DNA from: Octopus bimaculoides
Lineage: Eukaryota
Length of the DNA stretch: 64,000 bases
NCBI RefSeq assembly: GCF_001194135.2
Contig: NC_068986.1
Location: forward strand, 5,302,460 to 5,366,459
Reading direction: 5' to 3'
Made by a program: the position numbers and the translations under genes. Shown here in pieces: positions 13,050 through 25,379 of the stretch; the stretch's first letter is position 1; each line of letters begins with the position of its first letter. The notes beneath the pieces are model-generated. The model did no database searches. It was not told the DNA's origin and saw only the letters and a list, made by a program, of their open reading frames with translations.

Positions 13050-14150
13050 AGGGAGCAAAGGATTGGAGAGAATGCTTAGAAAGCTAGTGATTATAGCAAG
13101 TCTGAGTTAATCCTTGCTAATCAGCCAGATGGACGTCTTTTGCATGCTGACTAAACTATTTGTGTATATTCAACAGCAGAATCCCAGATCTGTACACTAA
13201 TGTAGGTTGTACTTGAGATTTATAGGAGGTCAGCAACAGGACTGAAGTATTATCAGGTCCTAAAGAGAAAAGTCTTTGGAATGTAAAAGATCATCAGAAA
13301 TCACGAAGCCTAGTATTTGTAGTAAGTGGATGGTATCAATGTGCAGAAGATGAATCCATGAAGGATGATATCATGTGCATAGAAATTTGTGTGTGTGTGT
13401 ATTGTTGGTAGTAGGTTGTTAGTGTATAGAAAGATGAATGTGGGGTGCATAACTAAACTTTGTGGTAGACCAGAGTTCATAGTATGGGTCTTAGAGCTAT
13501 TTTCAATCAAAGAGATAACACTATCATTTTTGAGATGGTGGAAGTGAAAGCTGTAGCTGATAGGACTGGAGAAGTTGTGTATTTTTTGTGCATTTCCAAA
13601 TATTGGAATATATTCCTGAAGAGAGAGAAATTGAAGAGTTTATCAAGGATAGAAGCTGCACTAGAGCGTATCACTTGAAGGTCATGGAAAGGATGCTGTC
13701 AGGATTGGTAACTTTGTGTCGGTGTGATTAGATGAGTTTGTAGAATGTGTGCAGTGTGAAATTAGAGGTTTTGTCGGTGATACTGCTACTGAGCCATCTT
13801 AGTTGAGGAATGGTGGTTAGGAGGATTTTACAAAGCTGGTAAAGGACTTTTTGGCAAGGAACAAGGACTGGCTGTAGTTTGAAAGGTAAGAAGGCTTGCA
13901 GACCATGTGATACACAAAAGAATTGTTTGCTTTTCTGTTCCTAGTTTTGTAGTTGATGGTGGTATATTTAGCAGCAGCAGTAGTGGTTGTGGTGGTAGGT
14001 GGCTGGTTGCCTCCCAGAAGATATAAGCAGTGGCCTTTTCTTGCATTGTTCAGCATAGCAGCAGGAAAACTACTTGTAGAGTTTTAATAGTGTGTGTGTG
14101 GAATATGAAAGAACATGCTTAGGAGGATGGATTCAATCACTGGTTTAGCT
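13050..14150 (-). mobile_element. Decayed LINE RT fragment (Jockey/CR1/I group)
   Basis: ORF 13310-13510 reads NSGLPQSLVMHPTFIFLYTNNL...FYAHD, a decayed GVPQGSVLSPxLF...YADD. Confidence 0.6.
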
Positions 14151-14893
14151 ATCTCAGATTGATTGTAGCTGATAGACACTGGGAATAATAGACATAAAAT
14201 TGGCAGAGCTCCATCAATTAGCTGGTTTGAAATTTCCGTAATTCTTTATAATTAATTTCAATCAATTTATTTTTCATTCCATTTTAAATCAGAATAAGAA
14301 CCTACCTATTAAGTATGGAATATTTGGTATTTTTCCATGCAAGAATTATTTAGATATTTTGAATTCTATCAAATGCATAAAAATGTGGGAAGCCCATCAA
14401 GATTAAACTTTAATTAGGTTTTCAGTATTACCAATTTTGAAAGGAACAGTGATGCTGTTGTTCATACTTTTATCATTCTGTGCTTGACTGGAAAGATTGT
14501 AGTGACTGCATATATGAAAATTGTAGAGGATTTTTGTGGGACTACTAGAGTAATGAAGTTATACCTTATACAGTAATCCTAATCATAATTTTATGTCTGC
14601 TTTTTTTATATTGGTTGGTATGGGTTGGAGAATATATTTCAGTGCAGTGTTTTACCACTAGTGGTCCTTTGTAATTTCCATTGGAAGGCCCAGAGTATAC
14701 TAATTGTTTGCACATCTGTTTTCTTCTTCCATTGGCTCCTTCTACATGCAACATCATTTGACACTTTTTCACTTAACTATCATTCTTCATACACATTGCA
14801 TATCCCTTTTTCCACCACAGTATTCTCTTTTGCTCGTTGCAACTGATTCCTTTAATGCCCAGTATTTTCTCTATACAAGTGAGATGGGGTCTT

Positions 14894-15015
14894 CTGACCC
14901 ATCTAGAAGAGTTGTAAAGCCAAATAAGAATTGACCCAGACAGAAGAGTTGTCAATCTGAATAAGATTTGACCCAGACAGAAGAGTTGTCAATTTGGATA
15001 AGAATTGACCCAGAC
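14894..15015. repeat. 37-bp minisatellite, ~3.3 copies
   Basis: Unit ttgacccagacagaagagttgtcaatctgaataagat starts at 14931, 14968 and 15005 (partial), with a diverged copy at 14894. Confidence 0.9.
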
Positions 15016-15859
15016 TGGTATGTTTAACTCATACTAGCTTGGAAGACAGATGTAAAGCAATGAGGATTATCTGAGCTACATTATTATTTTTTTTTTGCTT
15101 TCAAAACCTTTTGGAAACATTTTCAAAGCATCTTGACCTCACTTCTTTAACCTATTGTTTAATTCATTAGACTGCAGCTATTGTGGCGCATAGCCTATAA
15201 GGGTTTAGTCAAATAAATTGACTGAAGTAGTTTTTTTTTTTTAAGTCTTGTACTTATTTTGTCAGTCCCTTTTGCCAAACTGCTAAATTACAGGGACATA
15301 AACAGACCAACAGCAGTTGTGGTGGGAGACAAACGCAAAGACATACACATATAATGGGCATGCACAGAGTTTCTGGATACCAAATGCACTTACAAAGTGC
15401 CATAGCAGAAGACACTTGCCCAAGTTGTTGCATAGTAGGACTGAACACCAAAAGAAACAAAATTTGTAAAATAAAGGTTTAAGTTGTACATAACAAGGTG
15501 CACTACAACAGTAAATATCCATAACACACCCTTTTAAAACAACCATAAATCTATATGCTATTATTAATCTCATCTTTAGAAATAAAGTGGTTTTCTATAT
15601 TTACATCTACATAACAGTAAGCTAGCAGAATCGTTAGCATACCAGGCAAAATGCTTAGCAACATTACATCCTTTTGGGGTCAATAGAATTAGTACCAGGT
15701 GAACACTAGAGCTAATGAAATTGACTTAGTTCCTTCCCCAAAATTGCTGGCCTTGTGCCAAAATTTGAGACATCTAGACATTTTGATTGGTTTGATCTTC
15801 AATTGTAATCAGGTGTCTTTGTTCTGGATGTATACACAGTAGTCGATTGGATTTTGTCA

Positions 15860-16129
15860 TTGCCAGTGCTGGTGGCATGTAAAAAGCACCATTTGAGTGT
15901 GATTGATGCCAGTACCACCTGACTGGCCCTCGTGCCGGTGGCATGTAAAAAGCACCCACTACACTTGGAGTGGTTGGCGTTAGGAAGGGCATCTAGCTGT
16001 CAAAACCATACCAGATCAGATTAGAGCCTGGTGCAGCCTTCCGGCTTGCCAGTTCTCAGTCAAATGGTCCAATCCATGCCAGCATGGAAAGCGAATGTTA
16101 AACAATGATGATGATGATGATGATGATGA
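15860..16129 (+). mobile_element. 5'-truncated RTE 3' tail
   Basis: Same conserved tail, ending in (GAT)n. Confidence 0.8.
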
Positions 16130-16794
16130 GGTAATATTAAGACACCTGATGACATATCAAACCAGTTGAAATATAGCTGGCAGAATCATTAGCATGCCAG
16201 ACAAAATGCATATCAGCATTTCTTGTAGCTTTACATTCTGAGTTCAAATATCAGCAAGGTTGACCTTGCTTTTCATCCTTTCAGGATCAATAAAATAAGT
16301 ACTAGTTGAGTGCTGCGGTTGATGTAACTGATCAGCCCCCTCCTTTAAAATTTCAAGCCTTGTACCTATTAGTAGACAGAAATATTGGAAACATCTTACA
16401 GGTCTAGATATAAAGGTTATAGTTTGAAAAATTATAACCTAATTAATGACTCCTCTTAAACATTTATAATAGTAATAAATGTGAAATTCTATCTGCCTGT
16501 CCATCCAGGACCCCTTTATCTCAGTCTCCATTTGCTCTACATAGACATATTATACCTTTTTGAAATTAGGATGATCCTGGGATTGAAAATCTGCCTTTCA
16601 TTTGGTTCTTGAACATCCAGCATTAAGATCAGGTCTGGATGAGGATTTGGTAATGCTAACAGCTGAAAATTCAAATTTTAAAAGAGCTCCCAAAATTTGT
16701 GAACTTAAAAGTTTTCATTTAAACTGAATTTAAAACAATACCACATTGGTAGGGTACCAATAGGGGCTTTATTATTATTGCACTGTTTAAGACA

Positions 16795-17000
16795 GTGAGC
16801 TGGCAGAATCGTTAGCATGCAAGGCGAAATGCTTAGCCATATTTCGCTTGCCGCTACTTTCTGAGTTCAAATTCTGCCGAGGTTGACCTTGCCTGTCATC
16901 CTTTCAGGGTTGATAAATTAAGTACCAGTGAAACACTGGGGTCAATGTAAGCAACTAGTCCCCTCCCACAAATTTCAGGCCTTATGTCTTTTGTAGAAAG
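16795..17000 (+). mobile_element. tRNA-type SINE, family A (representative copy)
   Basis: gagctggcagaatcgttagc...gagttcaaattctgccgaggttgacc...gataaattaagtacc, with A/B-box-like motifs. Related copies at ~6250-6410, 15620-15775, 16175-16385, 20985-21175, 26455-26670 (-), 30425-30635 (-), 35632-35820 and 51760-51845 (-). Confidence 0.75.
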
Positions 17001-17153
17001 AATTACTATTGCTCTGTTTAGCTTTGGGTCATAGGCCCAATTAGCCCTTTGCAGGAGCTAGCATAAGAGTCCACACCAAGTGCGACTTTTAAGCTAGTTT
17101 AACATAATTTGAAAGTTATGATTAATAAGTGAATGTTTATTTTTATTATTCAG

Positions 17154-17556
17154 GAATTACTTCATCAAGGTGAACAACTGGACAATATAGAAAGGAAAAC
17201 AGATTCAATGTCTGTAACCTTGACAGCATCTCAGAAACATATAAATAATATCAAAAGTGTGTTTGGTGGCATTAAAAATTGGTGGAATCGTGGATCAGAC
17301 AAGAAACTTAGTGAAACAGATTCCCCACCTTCACGTAATAGCCAGCTGAAAGAGGCAGTGAACAGTGCAGAAAAGATACCACGACCAGTTGGAGGAACTC
17401 ACCGAAAACAAGAACTAAATGATATGTACACTGATGGGCCTGTTGATTTAGATAGGAAGTTTTTGGCTGGAAGTCGTATGGCTGATAGCCAGATGCCTGA
17501 TCAATCACGTCATATAACAAATAGTCAACATGAAACAAAGATGAATGAAAACTTAG
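17154..17556 (+). CDS. SNAP29: SNAP29 coding exon 2
   Basis: Acceptor ttattcag|. Reads ELLHQGEQLDNIERK...SQKHINNIKSVFGGIKNWW (Qb with zero-layer Q), the linker, and ...KMNENL. Phase-1 donor G|GTATGT. Confidence 0.95.
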
Positions 17557-17939
17557 GTATGTATACTGTTAGTTCCAAACATACCATTTTATTTTAGTGT
17601 TTAATCATCATTGTCATTTAATGTCAATTTTCTATGCTTGCATAAGTTGGACAGTTTGACAGGAGCTGGTTACACAGAAAACTGCCAGGCTTTAGAAAGG
17701 TGTCAAATGTGTCCTCTTTATATTGTCTTCCTGTTTGCATTAGTCCATATAGATAGTATTTATGTTTATTGTTTGGTTGAGTTCCTACTCCTATCTTGTC
17801 TTTATTATTGAGGGCATTTAAAAGTTGATATAGAAAATAAAAATTGTAGGCATTGGAGGCTTTCTGGTTAAAGAATGAATGGTTATAGAGTTACAGGTAA
17901 TTGTTTTAATATGGGTAATATCATTTACATTTTTGTGCA

Positions 17940-19070
17940 TTTAGTGTTGCAGATGAAACAAACAGTATTTTTGATAAGAAATACATTGACACTTTCATTG
18001 TAGTACTATGGAAGAAATAATCTTAGTGATAGCAAAAGCTGGATTGCTAAATGAAGTAGGATTGTGTTGAGAATTGCTCACAGTACTCCTATTAAAATAA
18101 AGAATAAGACATATAACAATAATAAAATAGAATCTAAAGACAGTAAAATCTCTAGCAGGTATAATAATAGAAAGGATAAAAATGAGAAGAATGGAGCCTA
18201 TTCTAATAATAACATAAATACCGGTAATGAGACCATAATTAATTATCAAACTAAGGGTTCCAGAAGTAGTAGAGGGACTGATAGGATCTGCTTTCATGAA
18301 ACATAGGAATACTAAGAATAATAATGTTGTCTGGTATAACATTCCTTTCAATTGTGCAATCTCTACCAATGTATATAATAGGTTTATGGCGATTTTGGAG
18401 AAAAACTTCCCAGCTTCACATAAGTATAGCAAACTCTTCTCCCATAGGAGAATCAGAATCTCATATTCCACCCCTCAAAATACAGGTACAATTATAGCCC
18501 ACTTGAACATAAAAAATATAAACTTAGCCTGTGAGATTGATAATAATAATGATAATAGTAGTATAACCCCTAATAATGATTCTAATAATAGTAGATATGT
18601 AAGAATCCAAAACAATAGGACTAATATAAATAAAGGTAATAGTACGTATGATAACTCAAGCAATAATGACTTAACATTTGATAATATTGCAATGAATTTG
18701 AGCGATACCTCTAATGGTGACACTGTAAATGTTAATGATAGGGGAAGTAATGATAATAATAATATCTGCAGCTGCAATTGTAGAGAAGGATCCCAGTGCC
18801 CATTATTGGGTTGGTGTTTAGCTGAAAACGTCATATATAAATGTACAATAATGACGGAAACTAATAACTTCATTTACATTGCGTGCAATGAAAAAATGCC
18901 TTGATAACAATTTTTCATCTTTTAGACGTAGGCATAAAGCTAACAGTACCTCATTATCTATGGAAATCTAGGAACTCAAGGATAGTAATAGTGAATTTAG
19001 CCTGAAATGGGATATAGTCCATAGAGCTGAGCCATACAAAAATTGCAATTTTATTGTTGAAAATGCACCT
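17940..19070 (+). mobile_element. Penelope-like element C-terminal part (RT thumb, CxC linker, GIY-YIG) in SNAP29 intron 2
   Basis: ORF 18296-18904 reads VVWYNIPFN...NFPASHKYSKLFSHRRIRISYS...CNCREGSQCPLLGWCLAENVIYKCT...YIAC. Downstream frames read ANSTSLS...LKWDIVHRAEPYK. Homologous to 57300-58232. Confidence 0.8.
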
Positions 19071-19183
19071 AAATTTCAAAAATTTTGAAGATTTTAACTA
19101 GTATGTTGTTTTATATATACTCCTTCTAGTCACTGTAGCAGTGTTGTTAATTTATTTAAAATTTGTTAATATTTTAATTTCAG

Positions 19184-19350
19184 ATTTGATGTCCACTGGC
19201 CTGTCTCGATTAAAAGGTCTTGCTTCAGAACTAGGTAATGAAATAGAAGAACAAAATCTTCAGTTGGATCGCATTAACACAAAAGTCGAGGGAGTTGATT
19301 CTTTAATTCAGGGTCAAGAGAAACAGTTACGAAGAATCTTGAGGAAATAA
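19184..19350 (+). CDS. SNAP29: SNAP29 coding exon 3 (stop TAA 19348-19350)
   Basis: Acceptor ttaatttcag|AT completes Asp. Reads DLMSTGLSRLKGLASELGNEIEEQNLQLDRINTKVE (Qc SNARE). The spliced CDS is 228+403+167=798 nt, 265 aa, with no Cys and no TM segment, as expected for SNAP29 rather than SNAP25/23. Confidence 0.95.
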
Positions 19351-19372
19351 GAATTTAAAAAACAGTCACCCA

Positions 19373-19378
19373 AATAAA
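19373..19378 (+). promoter_or_regulatory. Candidate proximal polyadenylation signal of SNAP29
   Basis: AATAAA 23 nt after the stop codon. Chance occurrence is likely in AT-rich DNA, and usage is unknown. Confidence 0.25.
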
Positions 19379-20529
19379 ATAATGAACACATCTTCAGAAT
19401 TAAGTTGTTGACTTACTCCAGAAAAAAACCCCAAAAAACAAACAAGAAACAAACCTTTTTGATATTTCAATTAACACATTTAACAAATACAAAATTAATT
19501 AATGTTTTCTAATTAAGATGTAAAAATTTAAATATTGCAAATATAATTTTTTGTTTTGTTTTGTTTTTTTAATTACTATCTTTGTTTGTTGTCTTGCAAC
19601 ATACCAATTCTTCTCAGTCTTGCTTGTTTTTAGTTTTGGTTGTGCTCTCTCTCTCTCTCTCTCGCACACACACACACACATGTACATTCAAATTCTGTTA
19701 AAATTTACCATTCTTCTTTCTTTCATATTATTTTTAAAATTGAATTAAACAGACTCCAGTTGTGTTAACAGTCAGACATCATATCTATGTTGTTAAACTA
19801 TCATACCAGAACATTTACTCAATATTATTTCTGTTTATGTAACTTGAAATACATACTAAAGGTGACAACAAAATTCTATCTTGGATTTATAATCAAAGCA
19901 TTTTGTCAGTATTGTGCAAAATGTTTGANNNNNNNNNNNNNNNNNNNNNNNNNNNNNNNNNNNNNNNNNNNNNNNNNNNNNNNNNNNNNNNNNNNNNNNN
20001 NNNNNNNNNNNNNNNNNNNNNNNNNNNNNNNNNNNNNNNNNNNNNNNNNNNNNNNNNNNNNNNNNNNNNNNNNNNNNNNNNNNNNNNNNNNNNNNNNNNN
20101 NNNNNNNNNNNNNNNNNNNNNNNNNNNNNNNNNNNNNNNNNNNNNNNNNNNNNNNNNNNNNNNNNNNNNNNNNNNNNNNNNNNNNNNNNNNNNNNNNNNN
20201 NNNNNNNNNNNNNNNNNNNNNNNNNNNNNNNNNNNNNNNNNNNNNNNNNNNNNNNNNNNNNNNNNNNNNNNNNNNNNNNNNNNNNNNNNNNNNNNNNNNN
20301 NNNNNNNNNNNNNNNNNNNNNNNNNNNNNNNNNNNNNNNNNNNNNNNNNNNNNNNNNNNNNNNNNNNNNNNNNNNNNNNNNNNNNNNNNNNNNNNNNNNN
20401 NNNNNNNNNNNNNNNNNNNNNNNNNNNNNNNNNNNNNNNNNNNNNNNNNNNNNNNNNNNNNNNNNNNNNNNNNNNNNNNNNNNNNNNNNNNNNNNNNNNN
20501 NNNNNNNNNNNNNNNNNNNNNNACTAGTT

Positions 20530-20862
20530 ATCATCATCATCATCATCATCATCATCGTTTAACGTCCGCTTTCCATGCTAGCATGGGTTGGACGATTTGA
20601 CTGAGGACTGGTGAAACCGGATGGCAACACCAGGCTCCAGTCTGATTTGGCAGAGTTTCTACAGCTGGATGCCCTTCCTAACGCCAACCACTCAGAGAGC
20701 GTAGTGGGTGCTTTTACGTGTCACCCGCACGAAAACGGCACTGGCAACGATCTTACTTGGCTTGCCGGGTCTTCTCACGCACAGCACATTTCCAAAGGTC
20801 TCGGTCAGTAGTCATCGCCTCGGTGAGGCCCAATGTACGAAGGTCTTGCCTCACCACCTCAG
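20530..20862 (-). mobile_element. 5'-truncated RTE 3' end, young subfamily
   Basis: (CAT)n followed by cgtttaacgtccgctttccatgctagcatggg...; extends into sequence matching the RTE ORF2 end. Confidence 0.85.
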
Positions 20863-22363
20863 CCCTATTATCTTAAGAAGGATAATCCAATGCAGGAAAA
20901 GAATACTGAATGTTGTTATTCAAATTTGTTTTGGTGATCTGTACAGATGTAAAACTAAAACTGTTTACAAATAGTCTTATTATTATATCAGAGTTGGCAG
21001 AGTTGTTTAGAGTGTTGTATTTCTTCTGATTCTTTACATGATGAGTTCAAATTCCACCTTATATCCCTTTGGTGTTGATAAAATAAAATATCAGTCCAAG
21101 TACTCAAGATGATGATATCAGCTAATCCCCTACCCCCATAACTAGTGGTCTTGTGCCAAAATTAGAAACAGATATCATACAAGAGGTCTTAGTTATTATA
21201 CCAATGAAATTATTTAATTAACTTATTTAAAAGTTGATCAAAAATAAGAGTGATGAAAAGGAAAAAAAAACAAATTTTTATTGCAAATTTGAAACTATTG
21301 ATGTGTATGTGTGTGTAGTTTAGACTATCAGGAATTTGGAACATATTGTCATGCAATAATGATAGTATTACTGTACAACTTAACTATTGTCTTCTAGCTG
21401 ATTTTAATAATATGATTTATAAAAAAAATATGCTTATTGTTTTAATGTGATGAGAATTTGCTATACAAAAAAGAGCATCCAATATCATTTACTTGCTGAT
21501 GAGTGTCTATAGATAATTAAATCCACCCCACCCTTCTTATATGTACTAATTTATAGACTAAATACATTGGTTTGGCTTCATATTTTACTTATTGTCTGCT
21601 AGCTAGTTTAAAAATTTGTGCATTGAGACACAGCTCTTACTTTTTTGATATATTGCATTACAAACAGGCATCCAGTCATAGAAACCATGCCTAAACAGAC
21701 ATTGTAGCTTGACACGTTTGTTAATGTTAGCCTAGACATTGGAGCTTGACACAGTCCTTTGACTTGTCAAATCTTGTCAAACCATCCAACCCATTGATGC
21801 TAAACGATGATGAATGTGGGTAGAAAAGATTGATATATGAATTTACATTAGTATCCATTATAGTACATTTATGGTCATTATAGTGGTTTCGCAAAATATT
21901 GAACTTGGTCCTTTTTGCTACACTGTAAGTTTTTTTTTTCCTTTTCAAAAAAAAAAAAAAAAAAATGTTAGTAGTTTCCAGGCACTATGTTAATTCTTTG
22001 TTAGTATAAGAACAATAATAATATTACTCACATTGTTAATAACATTTTGCAGAGAATTGATCCATTGAGACTTAATTCAAATGTAAACATTTGTTAATGT
22101 TACTGTGAATATTGGCAGCCTAGCCTGTAATGCAATTAGAATTACTAATTGCAGTTATTTTGCTTCACTTATTTTATTGATGCCATAGAGGAAAATGTGA
22201 AAGTCATTCACATTCACTAATTCCCTTATAAACAGAATGAACTGTAAGGATTCTTTGGTTATTTTTGATAGAATTTAGTTTATATATTTGAGTGCTTTAA
22301 CTATGATGGCAAAGTGCTGCTATAAAACTCAGTTGCACAAAATATAACTTTAATATACATTAA

Positions 22364-22569
22364 CCCTTTAGCATTCAGATTTTTCTGTCAAATATAATGG
22401 TTATTTATTGACACTGTTTTGAATTAATCATGTATTATTTTATACATTTGAGATTTTAATGATATAATTGTATATTTTTAGAATGACATTGTAGGGTGGA
22501 TCTTGACAGTTTGAACATAAAACAGGTAAAATATTTGGACTGGATATAGCTGGTTTAAATGCTAAAGGG
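22364..22569. mobile_element. TTAA-flanked MITE (piggyBac-like), 206 bp
   Basis: TTAA|CCCTTTAGCATT...AATGCTAAAGGG|TTAA, with a 12-bp perfect TIR. An internally deleted sister copy lies at 24108-24275. Confidence 0.85.
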
Positions 22570-23006
22570 TTAAAATTGGATCAGAAGCCAGTTAATAGTT
22601 TAAGCCTTAAAAATTTAGAATCTTTGAATGTGAAATAATTTATTTTTTTTAAGTGTAGAACACGATGTAGATAATGCTATAAGTAATAGCATGTAGATAT
22701 TTTGAATAGAAAAAGTTTTTCCTTGATATAGTCTACTTCCTGAAATATTTTTGAATTATACAGTTATACTTTAACTTGTTCTTATAAAGACTCATATGAT
22801 GGAAGAAAGAAATCATTGGGTGTTAGAAAATGCCTCCTGTCTTTCAGTGCTGAATTTTAAGCTCTGAAGCTTGTTTTAACCCCTCCCCTCTTTGAAAAGA
22901 GAAAGCTACTTTTGGCTAATCACTAGTAGAACAAACTAGGGCCTATCATAATTGTTGTTTTGTAACTTCATTAATATTTTTCAGAATGTTCCAATGGCAT
23001 TCACTA

Positions 23007-23162
23007 GCGTTAGGAAGGGCATCCAGCTGTAGAAACTCTGCCAAATTTAGATTGGAGCCTGGTGTTGCCATCCGGTTTCACCAGTCCTCAGTCAAATCGT
23101 CCAACCCATGCTAGCATGGAAAGCGGACGTTAAACGATGATGATGATGATGATGATGATGAT
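23007..23162 (+). mobile_element. 5'-truncated RTE 3' tail, young subfamily
   Basis: Near-identical inverted partner of 20530-20684; ends in (GAT)n. Confidence 0.85.
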
Positions 23163-24107
23163 ATATATATACGAGAAATACTTAGTAGTTTCTATTGTAC
23201 ATGTATTTGCTGAGTCAAACAGCCTAATAAACGTATGGACTTCTGAATATTTTGCTGGAAAAGCTAGCAGACTTACAACATTAACATGTAGTAAAATATG
23301 AGGGTAGATGAGCATCACAAAGAAATTGTGCATATTTGTTTTGTAAGATGCTTAAGTTACTAGTATTGGTAAGGTTAGAACTTATGTTACCAATATTTGC
23401 ACTGATCCAGAAAGGTAGTGTGTTATAAATTTAGCAAATCTGAAATAACTATATTAAGTCTAAATCTGTTTCCTGGTAAGAAGGAAATTTCCAATCCAAT
23501 GAAAGCATTTTTAAAGGATTGGTTTCTTCACAATACTCACGTTCTAGCATTTCTTTGAAAAACTTCAAAAGAAGCAGGCATTTTGGAAAGAAAAAACAAC
23601 TATTACACAGCAATCAAAGATCAGAAAATTATTCATCAAATTTTATTAGAATAATGCAGAAATATATATTCATATTTAATACTATATAGATTTGCCAAGA
23701 AATTTCTTTTTCAATGATAATCTTTGTTATTTTTTACCCTTTCGTAAAGATTTTCTCCTGCTGGGGGAGACATTGGGCTTCAATGTGGCCTAAGCAAACC
23801 AAATCTTTTACCTCAGTCTTCAGTTGAAAACATTTCCTTTACTTTGTTAATGCCATCAATATCACTCACCTCTATTGTCTCTCCTCTTTTATAGCAAAAG
23901 CCTTGTGCTTATACCCAAAATTATTACTAAAATGTTTTGTTTTGTTTTTGTTTTTTCTTGTATATTTGATGTATTGAAAACAATTGGGGGGGGGGCTATT
24001 TTGATTTTTGTTTAATTTAAAATATTTCAATAAGTTTTTCAGAAATGGATGTATTTTTATTCAATAAAAGAATTAACTGATTCAATTTGACTAATTTGTA
24101 ACTCTAA

Positions 24108-24275
24108 CTCTTTAGCATTCAGATTACTCTGTCAAATGTAATGCTTTTCAAAGATGCCATTGTATATTTTTAGAATGACATTGTAGAGGAGGTGTGAGAT
24201 GTTGGATCTAGGCAGTTTGAACATAAAAGCGTCAGAATATTTTGGCTGGATGTACCTGATTTGAATGTTAATGGG
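24108..24275. mobile_element. TTAA MITE, second copy with internal deletion
   Basis: ctaa|CTCTTTAGCATTCAGATT...AATGTTAATGGG|TTAA; colinear with 22364-22569. Confidence 0.75.
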
Positions 24276-25379
24276 TTAACACAGCTGTTTCAATAAAATA
24301 GTAAGGATCACATTTCAAGATGTGAAAGCTGACAGGTTACTACTAGAACTCAAATCAAGCAATAGAAGAGAACATATTATAAGCATAGCAAATCCTAAGA
24401 GCAAACAGTTGGACCTGACAGCTTGGTGAAATGTCTACCATCTTGTCGAGTTTTAAACAGTTAGGTGGACATACTCAATAACTTTGATTACTTCAAATAA
24501 TTTTAGTTTATAAGGTCAGATTGACTCTTACTTAATTAAATTTCTGGTTGTGCGTTAAGAAACTTGTTTCCAAACCACAGGGTTCCAGGTTCAGTCCCAC
24601 TGCATGATACATTGGGCTAGTGTCTCCTGCCACAGCTTCAGGCCAACCAAAGTCTTGTGAAAAGATTTGATAGACAGAAACCAAAAGAAGCCCGTTGTAT
24701 ATATGTGTGCAGACTTTATTTTCAGTTCAGTTGTATTGGCTTTCAATGTGATTCCCAACACAATCTTCACATTCTACAACAGTATCTTTTTGAATGCTGA
24801 ATTATACACCAACTTGAAACAATATTTGGTTGAATACTTCACTATTTGAGTGCCTCTTTCATCTTTAGCATATCTTACTCTAAAATTATTTTCAAGCTCC
24901 AATCATTTCTGTTTAGTTGCAAAAGTGAAAAAAAGCGGAATTATTTTGGTGAAGATCGAAACCATCCAAAAACGAACCTTTCATGTATGGTGAGAAACTT
25001 ACTAGCACGTAATCATTACTGATTGTGAATGAAGAAAAAAAAAGGTTTATGCTTGAGACGTTATCTTCACAAACATGAGGTCCCGAGTTCGATCCCACTG
25101 CATGACATCTTGGTCACATGTCTTGTTCTCAGTCTAGGGTCGACCCAAACATGGTGAATGACAACCCATAGGCCCAAACTGAATGAAAACTCATGAGATT
25201 GCAAATGTAATTCAAAGGGGTCAGCCTTGTCACGCTGACTCTGCTTGAGGATTGTGCTAATGGTACAACTGTTTATGGTATACTCTGCCACTTACATTAC
25301 AATTCTGTGATTAGGTGTTTCCACTGGTGGAACAGAAGGAATACGTATCAAATGAAAAATGGACACACAGAAATGTAGA

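Noticed and set aside
14894-15015. 37-nt repeats resembling a CRISPR array
   Set aside because: The units are directly adjacent with no unique spacers, there are no cas genes, and the context is eukaryotic.
16795-16880. tRNA genes
   Set aside because: The A/B-box-like motifs belong to multi-copy SINE heads. I found no complete cloverleaf.
17995-18873. Minus-strand hydrophobic ORFs of 158 and 132 aa
   Set aside because: They are antisense shadows of the AAT-rich Penelope-like remnant.
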